DNA of 63,028 nucleotides, filler included, from Aduncisulcus paluster (taxonomy: Eukaryota): NCBI GenBank assembly GCA_024181965.1. It is 5 parts of 5 records of this genome, joined end to end, with 100 filler letters (N's around TTAATTAATTAA, not from the genome) between each part and the next. Parts side by side here need not be neighbours in the genome. Positions count along the whole stretch, not along the records: positions 35,591 to 41,449 come from BQXS01012751.1; positions 41,550 to 58,620 come from BQXS01012752.1; 3 more parts are not named here. One strand, written 5' to 3'. A program made the translations under genes and the position numbers. Position 1 is the stretch's first letter. Every line of letters begins with the position of its first letter. The notes beneath the pieces were generated by a model. It did not search any database. It worked only from the letters and a program-made list of their open reading frames with translations, and was not told where the DNA came from. This document shows, piece after piece, positions 36,726-49,000 of this stretch.

Positions 36726-38420
36726 ATGTTGGTGCCGAACCAATTTTTCTTTCTATTTTCTAACAATGAGCCCTTTTTCTTAATATTCGTCTTTTCCTTG
36801 TTTTTCGCCTCTGTTTTTACATATAATATTGATCCAAAAAGTATTTATGAATATGATTCCCAATATCCACCAGGTTGCCCGATGAGTTCGACGCTGGGTG
36901 TTTCATGTGGTTACGGTGCTTGTGTGTGGGCAGCAAGCCAACCAATGTATTGTAAATGCCTTGATAATTGGTTTGGACTTTCTTGTGATCACCAATGTCC
37001 TGTGAATGTTAATCTCAATGTGGATGATCTCACATCATCGTATTCATATGCAGAAACTGAATGTGGATCGAGTGAAGCTGAATGTATTGTCGATGACATG
37101 TCCAATTCATATTGTTCATGTCCTACAACAATGTATTACGGCTCAAAAAACAAAGTTTGTAACTTACCTCCCGAGGACCAAACTGCTTGTGATGACTGTG
37201 TTCATGGTACATGTGTTGATATTAATTATGATGAAACAAATCCAAATGCACATTGCGTATGCTCGTTTGGATATGGAGGAGATAATTGTGATGTGAATAG
37301 TTGTGGTTTGACAGACTCAGAGATTGCAAGCATATCTTCCTCTGATGCACATCTCTTCCATCACCCCCATCCTCCACACCATCCTAGATCCCCATTCCAC
37401 AACCATTTTAATCCTTTACATGAGTCGGATATTATATTTAATGATGATGATCTTGCAATCTCTCACTCTGTGTGTTCTGGATATGGATCATGTGTGCGCC
37501 AGACTTTTCAATACGTCTGTCAATGCCATTCCCACTATGGAGATATCTGTTCAGAAGTTCTTAGCACCCAAGATAAGCTTTACATAATAATAGGTGCATG
37601 TATTGTTGGAATTATCCTTTTATTCAACGTTATGATTTGTATATACATAAAACGAAGTGGTAATCTTGGAAAACAAATGGAAAAAGAGACCGAGGAGCTC
37701 AGAGAATCAATACAACAACAATCCTCCCTGCCTGGATTCGTCCGAGTTGATCCCATTCATGCAAGTGGTTCATTTGAAGAGAGGGACGTGGATTCCGGAG
37801 ATTACACACGACATCAGACAGCGACTCCATCTCCTCCTTCATTTGAGGTGCCAGGAACTCTGCCTTCCCCTGTCTCTGGCTCCATATCATTCCTTCAATC
37901 CTCAATTCCGACGGAAAGGACTGAGGCTTTCCTTGACGATGAGATTGGAGTTCCGGTTAGTAGTCGTCGAAGGACTGTTATCCGGGATTGGACAGGGAAC
38001 TCAATTGGTCGAGAGTCATCTCCAGCTTCTTCTGTCCTGAGAAGGAGCAGCGCATCCGTAGGAAGATCCATTGAACCAGATCATGATCCCATCCCTCTCC
38101 ACTCGAGTCGTCGTGAGTCAGCATCTGTGTCTTCAGATCACATTCTTCCATCAGGATCCATTTCCTCGCCTAATCTCACAGCAATGTCATCAACAGCCAC
38201 CAATCATGCCTCTCACATGCCTCGTACTCGATCATATTCAGAAAGAACCCCCCTTTCATCGCAGATAGTTCTTGCTCCCCCCGAGTATTTTTGCTCTCTC
38301 GCTCAACTCCCCACGTCAAACACAAGGGAGGCTCTGAGTCGGATAAGAGATCGCCGGAAAAGGGAACGCGAGGCTTCTGGAAGGGTTGTTCGATCTACCA
38401 GAACGGGGGAAGAAGATTAA
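36726..38420 (+). CDS. type I membrane protein with EGF-like Cys-rich ectodomain and Ser-rich cytoplasmic tail
   Basis: N-terminal hydrophobic signal; CxC..W/YxGxxC EGF motifs (CKCLDNWFGLSC, CVCSFGYGGDNC, CQCHSHYGDIC); a single TM helix. Confidence 0.85.
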   Translation: MLVPNQFFFLFSNNEPFFLIFVFSLFFASVFTYNIDPKSIYEYDSQYPPGCPMSSTLGVSCGYGACVWAASQPMYCKCLDNWFGLSCDHQCPVNVNLNVDDLTSSYSYAETECGSSEAECIVDDMSNSYCSCPTTMYYGSKNKVCNLPPEDQTACDDCVHGTCVDINYDETNPNAHCVCSFGYGGDNCDVNSCGLTDSEIASISSSDAHLFHHPHPPHHPRSPFHNHFNPLHESDIIFNDDDLAISHSVCSGYGSCVRQTFQYVCQCHSHYGDICSEVLSTQDKLYIIIGACIVGIILLFNVMICIYIKRSGNLGKQMEKETEELRESIQQQSSLPGFVRVDPIHASGSFEERDVDSGDYTRHQTATPSPPSFEVPGTLPSPVSGSISFLQSSIPTERTEAFLDDEIGVPVSSRRRTVIRDWTGNSIGRESSPASSVLRRSSASVGRSIEPDHDPIPLHSSRRESASVSSDHILPSGSISSPNLTAMSSTATNHASHMPRTRSYSERTPLSSQIVLAPPEYFCSLAQLPTSNTREALSRIRDRRKREREASGRVVRSTRTGEED

Positions 38421-39550
38421 ATCTATTCATATACAATATATACAACAAAAGCAAAAATATAATTCCAAAAAAGTTATAGTTGAATTAAATCAGAATATAG
38501 ATTCGTTTAATTACTCTTTTTAACAACATTTTCTATATATTATGTTTTATAATTATTAATATTTATTTTTTATAAAGAATTCTGTGGATATTGCTGGAAA
38601 TTTACCAATACATACATCGGTTTCGATACTCTTCATTTTATTATGAAAGACGATACATCACCTTTGTTGAATTGATGTTTCACTATATATTCCATCTTTC
38701 CATCCTTTTTTTTTCAAACATTTCAATTAATACTTCTTCCGTCTTTACAAACTGGTGTTTCTGCTATTTTTCATATGTTTTAAGCAATGTTTAGTGATAC
38801 TCAATCAATATTTTTGAATAATGATTCATAATTCTCAGTTGAGGGAACCAAAATATCGATCTCATTCTGAATGATTCTCACGATAAATCAAGACCTTTAA
38901 TTTGATTCTATGAATTAAAATGCTCTAATANNNNNNNNNNNNNNNNNNNNCTGGAAATTTACCAATACATACATCGGTTTCGATACTCTTCATTTTATTA
39001 TGAAAGACGATACATCACCTTTGTTGAATTGATGTTTCACTATATATTCCATCTTTCCATCCTTTTTTTTTCAAACATTTCAATTAATACTTCTTCCGTC
39101 TTTACAAACTGGTGTTTCTGCTATTTTTCATATGTTTTAAGCAATGTTTAGTGATACTCAATCAATATTTTTGAATAATGATTCATAATTCTCAGTTGAG
39201 GGAACCAAAATATCGATCTCATTCTGAATGATTCTCACGATAAATCAAGACCTTTAATTTGATTCTATGAATTAAAATGCTCTAATAAATGTCTCTGAAG
39301 CGTGTTTTATTTAAATTTGTCGTTAATTGTCTATTTTGAACAAAACATTTCGTTTTCGCTGCTAAATATTAATTAATATTTTTATTTGCAATTTAATTTA
39401 ATTTTTTCATTAATATTTATTGAAATATATGAGAGTTTTGTTTCCACTGCATGTCATGTTTGATATCAACAGTTCTTGTCAATCCATCTTGTCATGATAT
39501 GAAAGGGGTTCTTAATCTTTTGTACAGTTTTGCGATACGATCTTGTAAAA

Positions 39551-41338
39551 ATGAATACATCATCATATTCTCTTTCTGATCTTCCAAGATTTTTAGGAAT
39601 TATTGATCACCACGTGAACAATTTTTCCACCCATTCCAAAAATCTAGCAGAACTCCCAATTCATGTCCGCCACCTCGCAAAGCATTTCTTACGATGTGAA
39701 GAAGTTTCCATGCATGATTCTGAAGCTTTCGATGGATCTTTCTCTGTTCCGAAGGAAACTATCCACAACGAAAATGCATTCCTCACAAAGTCATATGAAC
39801 AATTCTCAACTTATGTAGAAGGTGAAATTGTTGGTGACATTGAACGTTTCGCCAAGGAATATAAGACTAGATCAACCGAACTGAAGAAAGAGTTCACCAA
39901 CAGGCTTGAACGGGCTATCCACTCCATGGGTGATGTAGAACGTTGCCAAGATAAATATGACAAACACTTTGGAAAACGTAAGAGGCTTGTGAAACAATAC
40001 AGTGAAGAGATTGAAGAAAGCAAGAAGTCTGGCCCCGATAAGATTCCAACTTGCACCAGATTGCTCACTCATATTCGTGAAGAGCAAGAGAAATCTCACT
40101 TCTGGGGTGAAGAATATCGTAAAGCTTTTGCTGATTGTGAGCATCATCGTGTGGCTCTTCTTAATGACATGAAAACTCTTTATTCTTCCATTGAGTCTCT
40201 TGAGAGTGATCGTGTTACTTCTTTATCATGTGTTCTTCAACGTTTCTACGGTGCCCTTAAGGATTTGTATAGTCATATCGGTGAAAGTATTAATGCTATC
40301 GCTGTTTCTCTTGAGCATCCTACAGTTAATCCTGAAGTTGCCTTGGAGGGTGTGTGCAAGGAAGCTCAAGAAAAAGTGGTTCATGATGGAATCACTCCTT
40401 CTGACACCCTTGAAAGGACAGATAAAGCTGTCAAGCAAGGAGCTCAGTTCAAGAGCAAATTCACTGCTCCCGCCATCCGTCTTGCTGCTCAACAATGTAC
40501 TGCTACTCCTACCAAGACTCGCGAAGCCATTACCATTGCCGAAAAGAACACCATTGCCAACTCAAAGACTCCTATCACCTCCCGTCATGATGCTGATAGA
40601 ACTGCTGAAATCAGAAGGCAACGTGATGATGCTGTTCATGCCACTCGTGAGGCTATGGATCGCTATTCTCCAGCCCAGAGCCCTGGAATTCACGAACCAG
40701 GAGATGAAGAAGGTGAGCGCCACAGCGATGAGGATGAAGAGGAGTACCAACTCAGAACTGCCAAACGTACATCTTACGTGAACCGTGCGAAGAGTCTTGT
40801 TCATCACCATCTTGAACCAAAGGATTTGGATGATGAAACCGTCGACACTCTCAAGAAGGAAGAGAAGAGACAAAACACCCTTGTTGAGAAGAAGAAGGAA
40901 CGTGCCGAAACCAAAGTTGATATGAAACGTGCCGAAGCTCTCCAAAAAGTTGAAGACAAGTACGACAAAAAGAGAGAGAAGGCTCTCAAACATGCTGAGA
41001 AATCTGGAAAACATCAAACTGAGCACCAACTTCGTGAACGTGAACGTGAAATCAAGAAAAATAAGAGTAAGGACAAGAAATTAACCAAAAAGAGCCACGT
41101 TTATGGTAACAGAAGTGATATTGAAGGCAGAGAACAAAAGGATAAAAGAGATACCGGTCGCCTTGAAGATGCAGAGGAGAGTATGGAGGAGAAGAAGACC
41201 GAAGAAGAACACGTTGAAGAACACATTGAAGAGGAAGCTGAAAAGGCGGAAGGAACTTCGGCAAAGATTGAAAGTGTAGAGATTATCGGGGCTTCCGAGG
41301 AAGAGGACGAAGCTGCTGGAATTAGTGGAGGCGTGTAG
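39551..41338 (+). CDS. coiled-coil protein with possible N-terminal F-BAR/BAR-like domain
   Basis: ~270-aa helical N-terminus ending SIESLESDRVTSL (F-BAR-like LE.R motif); charged C-terminus. Confidence 0.55.
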   Translation: MNTSSYSLSDLPRFLGIIDHHVNNFSTHSKNLAELPIHVRHLAKHFLRCEEVSMHDSEAFDGSFSVPKETIHNENAFLTKSYEQFSTYVEGEIVGDIERFAKEYKTRSTELKKEFTNRLERAIHSMGDVERCQDKYDKHFGKRKRLVKQYSEEIEESKKSGPDKIPTCTRLLTHIREEQEKSHFWGEEYRKAFADCEHHRVALLNDMKTLYSSIESLESDRVTSLSCVLQRFYGALKDLYSHIGESINAIAVSLEHPTVNPEVALEGVCKEAQEKVVHDGITPSDTLERTDKAVKQGAQFKSKFTAPAIRLAAQQCTATPTKTREAITIAEKNTIANSKTPITSRHDADRTAEIRRQRDDAVHATREAMDRYSPAQSPGIHEPGDEEGERHSDEDEEEYQLRTAKRTSYVNRAKSLVHHHLEPKDLDDETVDTLKKEEKRQNTLVEKKKERAETKVDMKRAEALQKVEDKYDKKREKALKHAEKSGKHQTEHQLREREREIKKNKSKDKKLTKKSHVYGNRSDIEGREQKDKRDTGRLEDAEESMEEKKTEEEHVEEHIEEEAEKAEGTSAKIESVEIIGASEEEDEAAGISGGV

Positions 41339-41449
41339 ATTTTTTTTTGAGTGTATTCTTGGTTTTATATTTTATTCATTTACAACATTATTATTTTTGT
41401 TGTGGGATGCTATCGGCGAAGGCCACTAATTGATTTAGAAGTAAATAGT

Positions 41450-41549
41450 NNNNNNNNNNNNNNNNNNNNNNNNNNNNNNNNNNNNNNNNNNNNTTAATTA
41501 ATTAANNNNNNNNNNNNNNNNNNNNNNNNNNNNNNNNNNNNNNNNNNNN
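41450..41549. other. artificial contig linker
   Basis: N44-TTAATTAATTAA-N44. Confidence 0.95.
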
Positions 41550-41594
41550 ATTAAACTCAAGAACGTTGATCTTATTCAGGTCCAGTCTCTTTGG

Positions 41595-42608
41595 ATGGAG
41601 CTTACATGCGCCACCTGTGGTTCCTTGCTCGAGAATGGCAAGTTATTCGTCTTTGTGCCATGTGTATCTGCAACGTCACAGACTCCATCGATTCTCTCGA
41701 GATGTTCGAACTGTTGTGCATCCAGAACAGTCACATTGCATGCCTGTGTTGCACCGTTGCAGCATTCGGTGAGTGTTAAGGATGCTGGAATTCCATTGTG
41801 TTATATAGAAAGCTCTGGAGTCAAGATTGGTCAAATAGCAAGATACGCTTCTGGTCTTGGAGGTATTGTGGGAGGAACTGATGATATCATTGATCACCAT
41901 GAATCATCTTCATTGATTAATGGTATTGATGCCATGGCTGTATGTGGGCATTGTAGCACTGTTTCTCACTGTCCCGATTTAGTCGTGAGTGGAGGGAGAG
42001 GTCGAGGTTATTGTACAGGGTGTAGCAAACCATTTGAATGTGAATGCGAGCCTTTGAGGATTTTTGATTCAAGAGGAATCTCTGCTCTTTCGTTCGTTTC
42101 TTCTTCTTCTTCTTCTTCTTCTTCTTCTTCTTCTATTTCTATTCGACAGATGAAGAAGACTTTGTCAATCAAAATGGCCGAAGGAAGGAGGAAGGATGGA
42201 TATGCCCAAAATACCCCTCTCCCAAAGAGTGGAGCTTGTAAGCACTATAAGAAAAGCCATCGCTACTTCCGTTTCCCTTGTTGTGGTCTTTCTTTCCCCT
42301 GTGATCTCTGTCATGAAGCCGCAATTACAGATGGACATGCTCCTTTGCCAGCTACACATACAATATGTGGTTTCTGTAGTCATGAGTGGAAGATAAACCC
42401 AAATACGCACGCAGATACCCACTGTCCACGCTGTGGGAAAAGCATTCGGAAGGTTGGAATGAGCGAAAGAGGAGTTGTTACTAAACATTGGGAGGGGGGG
42501 GCTGGATGTCGAGACAAGACTCAGTTATCAAGAAAGGATAAGAGAAAACATTCCGGTAAGGGGAAAATTCAATCTAGAAAAGCCAGAATTAAAGAAGAAA
42601 GGAAATAG
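41595..42608 (+). CDS. CHY-type zinc finger protein, probably 5'-partial
   Basis: CKHYKKSHRYFRFPCCGLSFPCDLCH...ICGFC...CPRC, then HWEGGAGCRD...SRKDKRK; additional CxxC pairs. Confidence 0.85.
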   Translation: MELTCATCGSLLENGKLFVFVPCVSATSQTPSILSRCSNCCASRTVTLHACVAPLQHSVSVKDAGIPLCYIESSGVKIGQIARYASGLGGIVGGTDDIIDHHESSSLINGIDAMAVCGHCSTVSHCPDLVVSGGRGRGYCTGCSKPFECECEPLRIFDSRGISALSFVSSSSSSSSSSSSISIRQMKKTLSIKMAEGRRKDGYAQNTPLPKSGACKHYKKSHRYFRFPCCGLSFPCDLCHEAAITDGHAPLPATHTICGFCSHEWKINPNTHADTHCPRCGKSIRKVGMSERGVVTKHWEGGAGCRDKTQLSRKDKRKHSGKGKIQSRKARIKEERK

Positions 42609-43016
42609 ACTATTGTTGGCGTTGCCTAAGGCCTTATATCGTGAATAAATCATAATTGCGAACATTTCGGTGATACAAATTTACTATTTCGAATACTTAT
42701 TCATGTCTACCCAACAAATAAAATATTTCCAAAATAAATCTTGAATGGAATGCCTTAAAATTGATTCTCTTCAAGTTTCAATGGAAATTTTACATGTATT
42801 ACATGTAAATTCCACTGGAATGAATTTATTCATCGTTCTCATTATATCTCCATGGTATTGAGTCACTATTGTCCATATAGATTTGAATACGATGCCCAAA
42901 TTAATTCATTCTTTCGCCGACCAGGTTTCCTGAGAGCCAGAAAAGAAAAAAAAAGAAAAGAAGAAGAAGAAAACTTTCTGAATATAATATTTCAAATAGA
43001 AAGAAAATAAAGAAGT

Positions 43017-43337
43017 TTATAAGAGTGATTTAATCATAAGCTCAATCCTTCGTTCAGATGCGCCCGTGAATGATTCTTTTTTCTCTCCATTAAGGTAGGA
43101 AATGAATGTAGGCATTGCGGCGATTTCTAAATATTCAGCCAGATCATCAGCCTCATCAACATCGATTTGAACAAAATCAATAGTCGAATATTCGGGCTTT
43201 TCGGCCAAAGAATGGAATATGGGGCTAATACGCTTGCAAGGACCACACCATTGTGCGAAGCAATCTATTACGACTTTAGGGTGATGTTCAACGAATTCTT
43301 TAAATTGTTCAAGAGTCAAAATGGATGTAATGGGCAT
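43017..43337 (-). CDS. TRX: thioredoxin
   Basis: 106 aa, WCGPC active site, MPTF motif. Confidence 0.97.
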   Translation of the reverse strand: MPITSILTLEQFKEFVEHHPKVVIDCFAQWCGPCKRISPIFHSLAEKPEYSTIDFVQIDVDEADDLAEYLEIAAMPTFISYLNGEKKESFTGASERRIELMIKSLL

Positions 43338-44290
43338 TTTAGTTCAAATGATTTGAGTAATTCGTGCAAAAAGATGACAAAAACATCAAAATAAAATAAA
43401 AAATTGACGCACCAAGAAAAACAATCTTAATGTCTATTTTATTATGGATATAGTATTTTAAACATAGTGTGGAATTAAAATGAAGATCTCTTTCTGTTTG
43501 TTACTGCCAAGATTTAGAAAATTATTTGCCTCAGGCATCCAGGCTGGAATTATCATCATATGAATAGTATATAATCATTACTGACAAGAAGTCGATGATA
43601 AATTCACAATGGTATGCTGAACGAGTTAACGATCACTTTGGATGGGGGGTGGGTCATAGATCACCAATGATTCGAACAAGAAGTTGTGTTGATAAATGTT
43701 GTTAATTCCTTTCGAAGACATCTTGGTAAGGAATTAAAAGCGAAAGAAAACAAAAAATAAACAAATAATAAACAAATAATAAACTGAATTAGTTTTTATC
43801 AATCGAGCAGAGAGCAGAGAAGAGTGAGAACGATTCGAGAAGCAAAGAAAACCAGAAGAATAGCTTCTCTGACAAGAAGTCGATGATATATTCACAATAT
43901 TCATGGATTTCAACTGCAACTTATCAACATATTTTGTCACCTTATAATCCACTATGTAAACAAATGTCGAAGTTATGAAACCGTTTCATTGAAACGATTT
44001 CGTGTCAGGAGTGGACTCACAAGGATGGCATGCAATATATGATAGAAAGAAAAATGATCATATAAATTTATTTATATATTGTATGATATTGCTTCCTGAG
44101 GTTGTCATTCGCGACTTTGTGTTTTCGTCTTCTGCTTTTCCTTCGTTGCAAGCAATTCAAGATTTACTGTATGTCATATATTTCATTAAATGCGCATTAA
44201 GACATATTTTATGCAATGTCATGCAATTATATTCACTGTATTGTAATATTTTTTATTTTTTTCTTAGATCCCGACTCTTTTCCATAGGCA

Positions 44291-45394
44291 ATGAGTTCTT
44301 CCACCGATATACAAATTGTAAAACCAGAGTTTATTCATGAAGGAGATTACGAATGCTGTCCAATTCCTCTAGATGCCCCAAATATTAAGAGTTCAGAAAT
44401 CCCAAGTATCACAGCTATAGATGAAACGCAGGAAGATGACGGAGAGTACGACCAAAGTGTTGAAGCACAAGATATGATGAGAGGAGAGTTTAATGCTGGA
44501 TTGTTTACCCATATCTTCATTCCTTTCTCTTCATCTTCTCAAATGAAAGGGGCTTATGTCTGTCTAATTGGTGGTTGTCTAACAAGCTATTCTTCACCTC
44601 CATTACACCTTATCTTCACTCTCACATCTTCAAAGGGTGAGAAAACATCAAAGAAATACAAATTTTCTGGATTTATATATGATCGTTGGTATTTCCTTCC
44701 TGTTGATCTCCCTGATGTTGTTTTGTGTGAGATTACAGGGAAAGGAAGAGAGAAAGAGTATTTCCGAATCGAATCCCTTGTTTTCATTAGAAAAGAAACT
44801 TTTGAAGAAACCTTATCTCGTGAAGCCAGAGAGAAACTATGCTCTGAAGCTCCTGTTGTGAAACCAGAGTTTGTAAAGGAAAGAGATGAAGAATCTGATA
44901 GTAGAGATTCTTTTCCCATTCCACGTGATGATCCAAAGCTTGTCGATCCTTTATTCTCAATGATTAAGTGCAAGGACGATTCGGTTTGTAAGGAATCCGA
45001 GGAGTATGAAAAGAGTTCAAAAGCACAAAGAATGTTAAAAGGGGAAGATTATGTATACTTATCCCATCTTTCCATCCCTTTCCCATCACCTAGTCCTCTG
45101 AAAGGTGCTTATATCTGTGTGGATTCGTCTTGGAGTTCACCCTCTCTTCTCTTCACTTTCACCGATTGTGATGGTAAGAAGACATTCAAGAAGTATGAAT
45201 TCATAAGACCTGAACATTCATATGAATGGCGCTTCCTTCCTATTGATTTAGATAATGTTGTGTTATGTGAGATTGAAGGGAAAGGAACGTGGGATAAAAA
45301 GAATTGTCGATATTTCTGTATCGACTCCCTTATATTTACAATCCCCGAAGAAAGTGAAATAATTGAACGATTATCGCTCCTTCCATGGGAATAA
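44291..45394 (+). CDS. protein of two copies of a lineage-specific ~170-aa repeat domain
   Basis: Repeated PEF..EG...PIP.D...AQ.M.KGE...HLSIPF...KGAYIC...LxFTFT..G.K..KKYEF...W.FLP.DL..VVLCEI.GKG motif. Confidence 0.8.
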   Translation: MSSSTDIQIVKPEFIHEGDYECCPIPLDAPNIKSSEIPSITAIDETQEDDGEYDQSVEAQDMMRGEFNAGLFTHIFIPFSSSSQMKGAYVCLIGGCLTSYSSPPLHLIFTLTSSKGEKTSKKYKFSGFIYDRWYFLPVDLPDVVLCEITGKGREKEYFRIESLVFIRKETFEETLSREAREKLCSEAPVVKPEFVKERDEESDSRDSFPIPRDDPKLVDPLFSMIKCKDDSVCKESEEYEKSSKAQRMLKGEDYVYLSHLSIPFPSPSPLKGAYICVDSSWSSPSLLFTFTDCDGKKTFKKYEFIRPEHSYEWRFLPIDLDNVVLCEIEGKGTWDKKNCRYFCIDSLIFTIPEESEIIERLSLLPWE

Positions 45395-46083
45395 TCCAAG
45401 GATATTGTGGCTTTTCTCCCTTGTTTTTTCTCTGCCAATAGAAATTATTGGCTGCTGAACGAATCTCTCTTCTGCCATTGAAACATTCTGATGATGGTCA
45501 CTGCCTTCACGACTTTTCGAATGAATATCTCTTTTTTTTGACCATTCTTTGTCCCTATTCACAACAATAAAAGCATCTTAATTCATGTTGAATCACTGAT
45601 CGAAGGCATCTTTCTGAAGCTGAGGAGACTACTTTAGAACAAGAATACCTCTTCAGTGGAGAGTCTTCAGAAATGAGGATAGTTTGGGATTCTCTCCTTG
45701 ATTCTTGGATTTATTGAGAAGAATGGTCAATTATTTCGATCTTTTCCATCAGAACAACAGAAATCTTCTCCATCTATTTTATACAAGAGATGTTCTATTC
45801 TAATAAAGGGACAATACCAAACATTACAGCAGTTTAGACACCAATTTACCCGTTATAGAAGGATTTTGGAAAAAACAATTCTATTTTTAGAATTTCTATT
45901 TTTAGAAATGAATGAAACGAAAGTGAAATATTCTTCGATTTTAGCATTATTTTTACAATTATAAATGACCATTTCAGATGAAAACAAAAATATTTCGAGG
46001 CGAATAGTTGAAATTCATCGAAATAACCCAAAATCATTGTCGAAATGAGACGAAAGCACAAAGATAATAGAGATGTAGAATGC

Positions 46084-49000
46084 TTATTTTCGACTATAAT
46101 CCCACCCTTTCTTTAGTTCAATCCCGATCAGATCATCTTCAACCGTTCCAACACAATCTCCATAAAGTCTTCGTTGATGTTCAATAATATCCTCGATTCT
46201 TGGACATTCCCATCCTTCTCCAATCTTTTGAAGTAGATGTTTGATGGATTGTACCCTCTCTCGAGCATCATGAACACTCATCCTTTTGTCGACATCAAGA
46301 AGGGTTAAATTGAGAAAAACCTCCTCTAAACAAGAATAAACTGACTCGAATTTACCATCCTCAATTGTTAAAAGGGATTTGAAAAGTGGGGATTCTATGA
46401 TTTTTGGACCCGAATCACTTTTCAGAAGTCTAGAAAGCTCTTTGTTAACCTCAACAGGACTGACAAGTTGGAGAGCAGGCATCTGACTGAAAGGATCACG
46501 ACACAAAAATAGAGCAAAGATAGAAATTCCAAGAGAGTAGGCATCACTCTTTTGACTATGAAAACCTCGGAGGGCTTCACAGGAATTGTAAACAAGGGTT
46601 CCACAGATGGAACGTTTGGTTTGAGCAATTGATGGCTTGTACACATCTTCCTCCCTCCCAGAATTGAAACTCTTGGAAGACATTGAAGAAGAAAGAGAAT
46701 CTTTGATCTGCACAAGGCCTAGATCAGCGAGAACAACAGTGCATTCTCCATCCTTAGGATCAACACGAACAAGGAAGTTATCAGGTTTGATGTCTCGATG
46801 AATAAGACTCTTCTTTGCTCTGAACACATCATCAAGACACTCGATCATCCCAACACATAACGCTGCCACTTTCACAGGGTTCAGTGTCATGGGGTCAATA
46901 CGATCATATTCATCACTTTCAGAGTCAGAGAAAGAGTCATCGTCATTACTCACATACTTGCCATCGGCACACCACTTCTTTGCAAAATCATCCACACTGC
47001 CTCCAGCACAAAATTCCATGATAAATCCATAAACACCCTTCATCTCTGCATCCAGTAGGTCAAGAATATACAGGGGATGTGGGATACGGTGAAAACACCT
47101 AGGATTATTAAACAGCTTTAGTTGAATCTTGAACTCCTTCCGACAATCTTTGATAACCTTTTCATCAGCAACTTTGAGCATCTTCTTCAGAACACATGGG
47201 AAAGGAATACCATCAATTTTAACAAGAAGAACTTCTCCAAACCCACCACGGCCAATGATGCACTGAGGAGTGAGGGATGACGCAGTTGTGAGGGTTAGGG
47301 AGTCGAGCTTAAAAAGTTCTTTAATCTTGGGTTTTTCTTTTTTCTTCGAGATCTGAGTGTCAATATCCTTTCCTTTTCTTTCTGTTTCTATCAGATCAGA
47401 AACTTTGGGATTCATAAGTTCCGTAGTCTCCTCTTCTTGCGATTTTTCTTTATGTTTGGAATATATTTCTTTCTTCTGTCGAGGATCTTCCTTGAATTTT
47501 TTAATAGCTTCTAATGGAGGAGAATTTCGGATAAAAAATAGGGAATACATCCAAAAATTGCGACTATTCTTATCAATGAATGTTCCTTTCCCTTCAATCT
47601 CACACAATACAACGTTATCCAAATCAATAGGAAGGAAGTGCCATTCATAATCATGTTCAGGTTCTGTGAATTCATACTTCTTGGATGTCTTCTTACCATC
47701 ACAATCAGTGAAAGTGAAGAGAAGAGAGGGTGAACTATGAAACATATTCACACAGATATAAGCACCTTTCATTGGACTAGGTAATGGGAAAGGGATGGAA
47801 AGATGGGATAAACAAACACTATCTTCCCCTTTTAACATTGCTTGTGCTCTTAAACTCTGATCATATTCATCAGATTCCTTTCTAAAAGTATTGTTATTTC
47901 CAGTTACCATTGAGAAAGCAGGATTTATAATCGCAAGATCATCTCCTAGGATTGGAGATTCACTTCTGCCTCCTTTTTGGATAAACTCAGGTGTCGAACT
48001 TGACTAAATAAATTAACAATTAATAATAAATTAACAATTAATAATAAATTAACAATTAATAATAATGTTCAAATAATACCAACAATAATACTTTTCATTA
48101 AAACAAAGAATAAAATCAAACGTACGGCTTTAGACCACAATTTTCTAGTAATACTATCATAATCCGTGTCTTCTTGGATAAAAACAAGCGAAACGATATT
48201 GTAACACGAAGAAATATATTGTTTCCCTTTAATTTCACACATAACAATATTAGATACATCAAATTCAAGAAAATACCAATTAAATCCCTTGAATTCACAA
48301 AATTCAAATTTCTTTAATGTTTCTTCACCTCTTGAAGAAGTAAATTTAAAAGAAAGCAGACTTGGAGCTATTTTCCCATTTAAACAGATAAAAGCTCCTT
48401 TTATCACCGTATTTGAGAAAGGAATGGAGATATGAGTCATCAGTCCAAGATATTCTTCATTAGATTTCATCATTGCTTGAAATTGGGAGCTTTGGTCGAA
48501 TTTCTTGTGTCCAATTTCATATATTTCATTTCTTGCCACAATATCAGTAAAATTTGGCTCAATAATCATAGAATCATCTCGAGGAATCGGAATAGAATAT
48601 CTACCTCCTTCATGAATAAAGTTTGGCTTTAGGAGACATTCAAATAGATTTGTAGAGGTAAAATAGAGCGAATTAACTCTGAAACTACTCCTTTTCACCC
48701 ATTTATACCTTCTTTCCCCTTTTATCTCACACCGATCGACAAATGCCAAATCAATAGGAAGGTAATGCCATTCACACTCATATCTAATGTGTGGAAATTT
48801 ATAAACTTTGAGGATGTTTTTCCCATTAGAAAGAGTGAAGTGCAAGAAAAGAGTGAGCAAACTCGATTCATCATATACAGAGATAAAGGCTCCTTTAATA
48901 GAACTTGGAGATGGAAAAGGAATAGTAAGGTGGGATAAATAAACAAAACCTCTTCGTTTCAACATTGACTGGGCTGCTACACTCTTATCAACAATTCCCG

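Noticed and set aside
38593..39287. Intergenic direct repeat of ~337 nt
   Set aside because: Overlap around a 20-N gap.
42783..42813. Inverted repeat TTTACATGTA-T-TACATGTAAA
   Set aside because: Short, AT-rich and isolated; no further support.
44169..44267. GTATGT...TTAG possible intron upstream of the 44291 gene
   Set aside because: An in-frame TAG lies before the ATG, so it cannot extend the CDS. At most a 5' UTR intron; unsupported.
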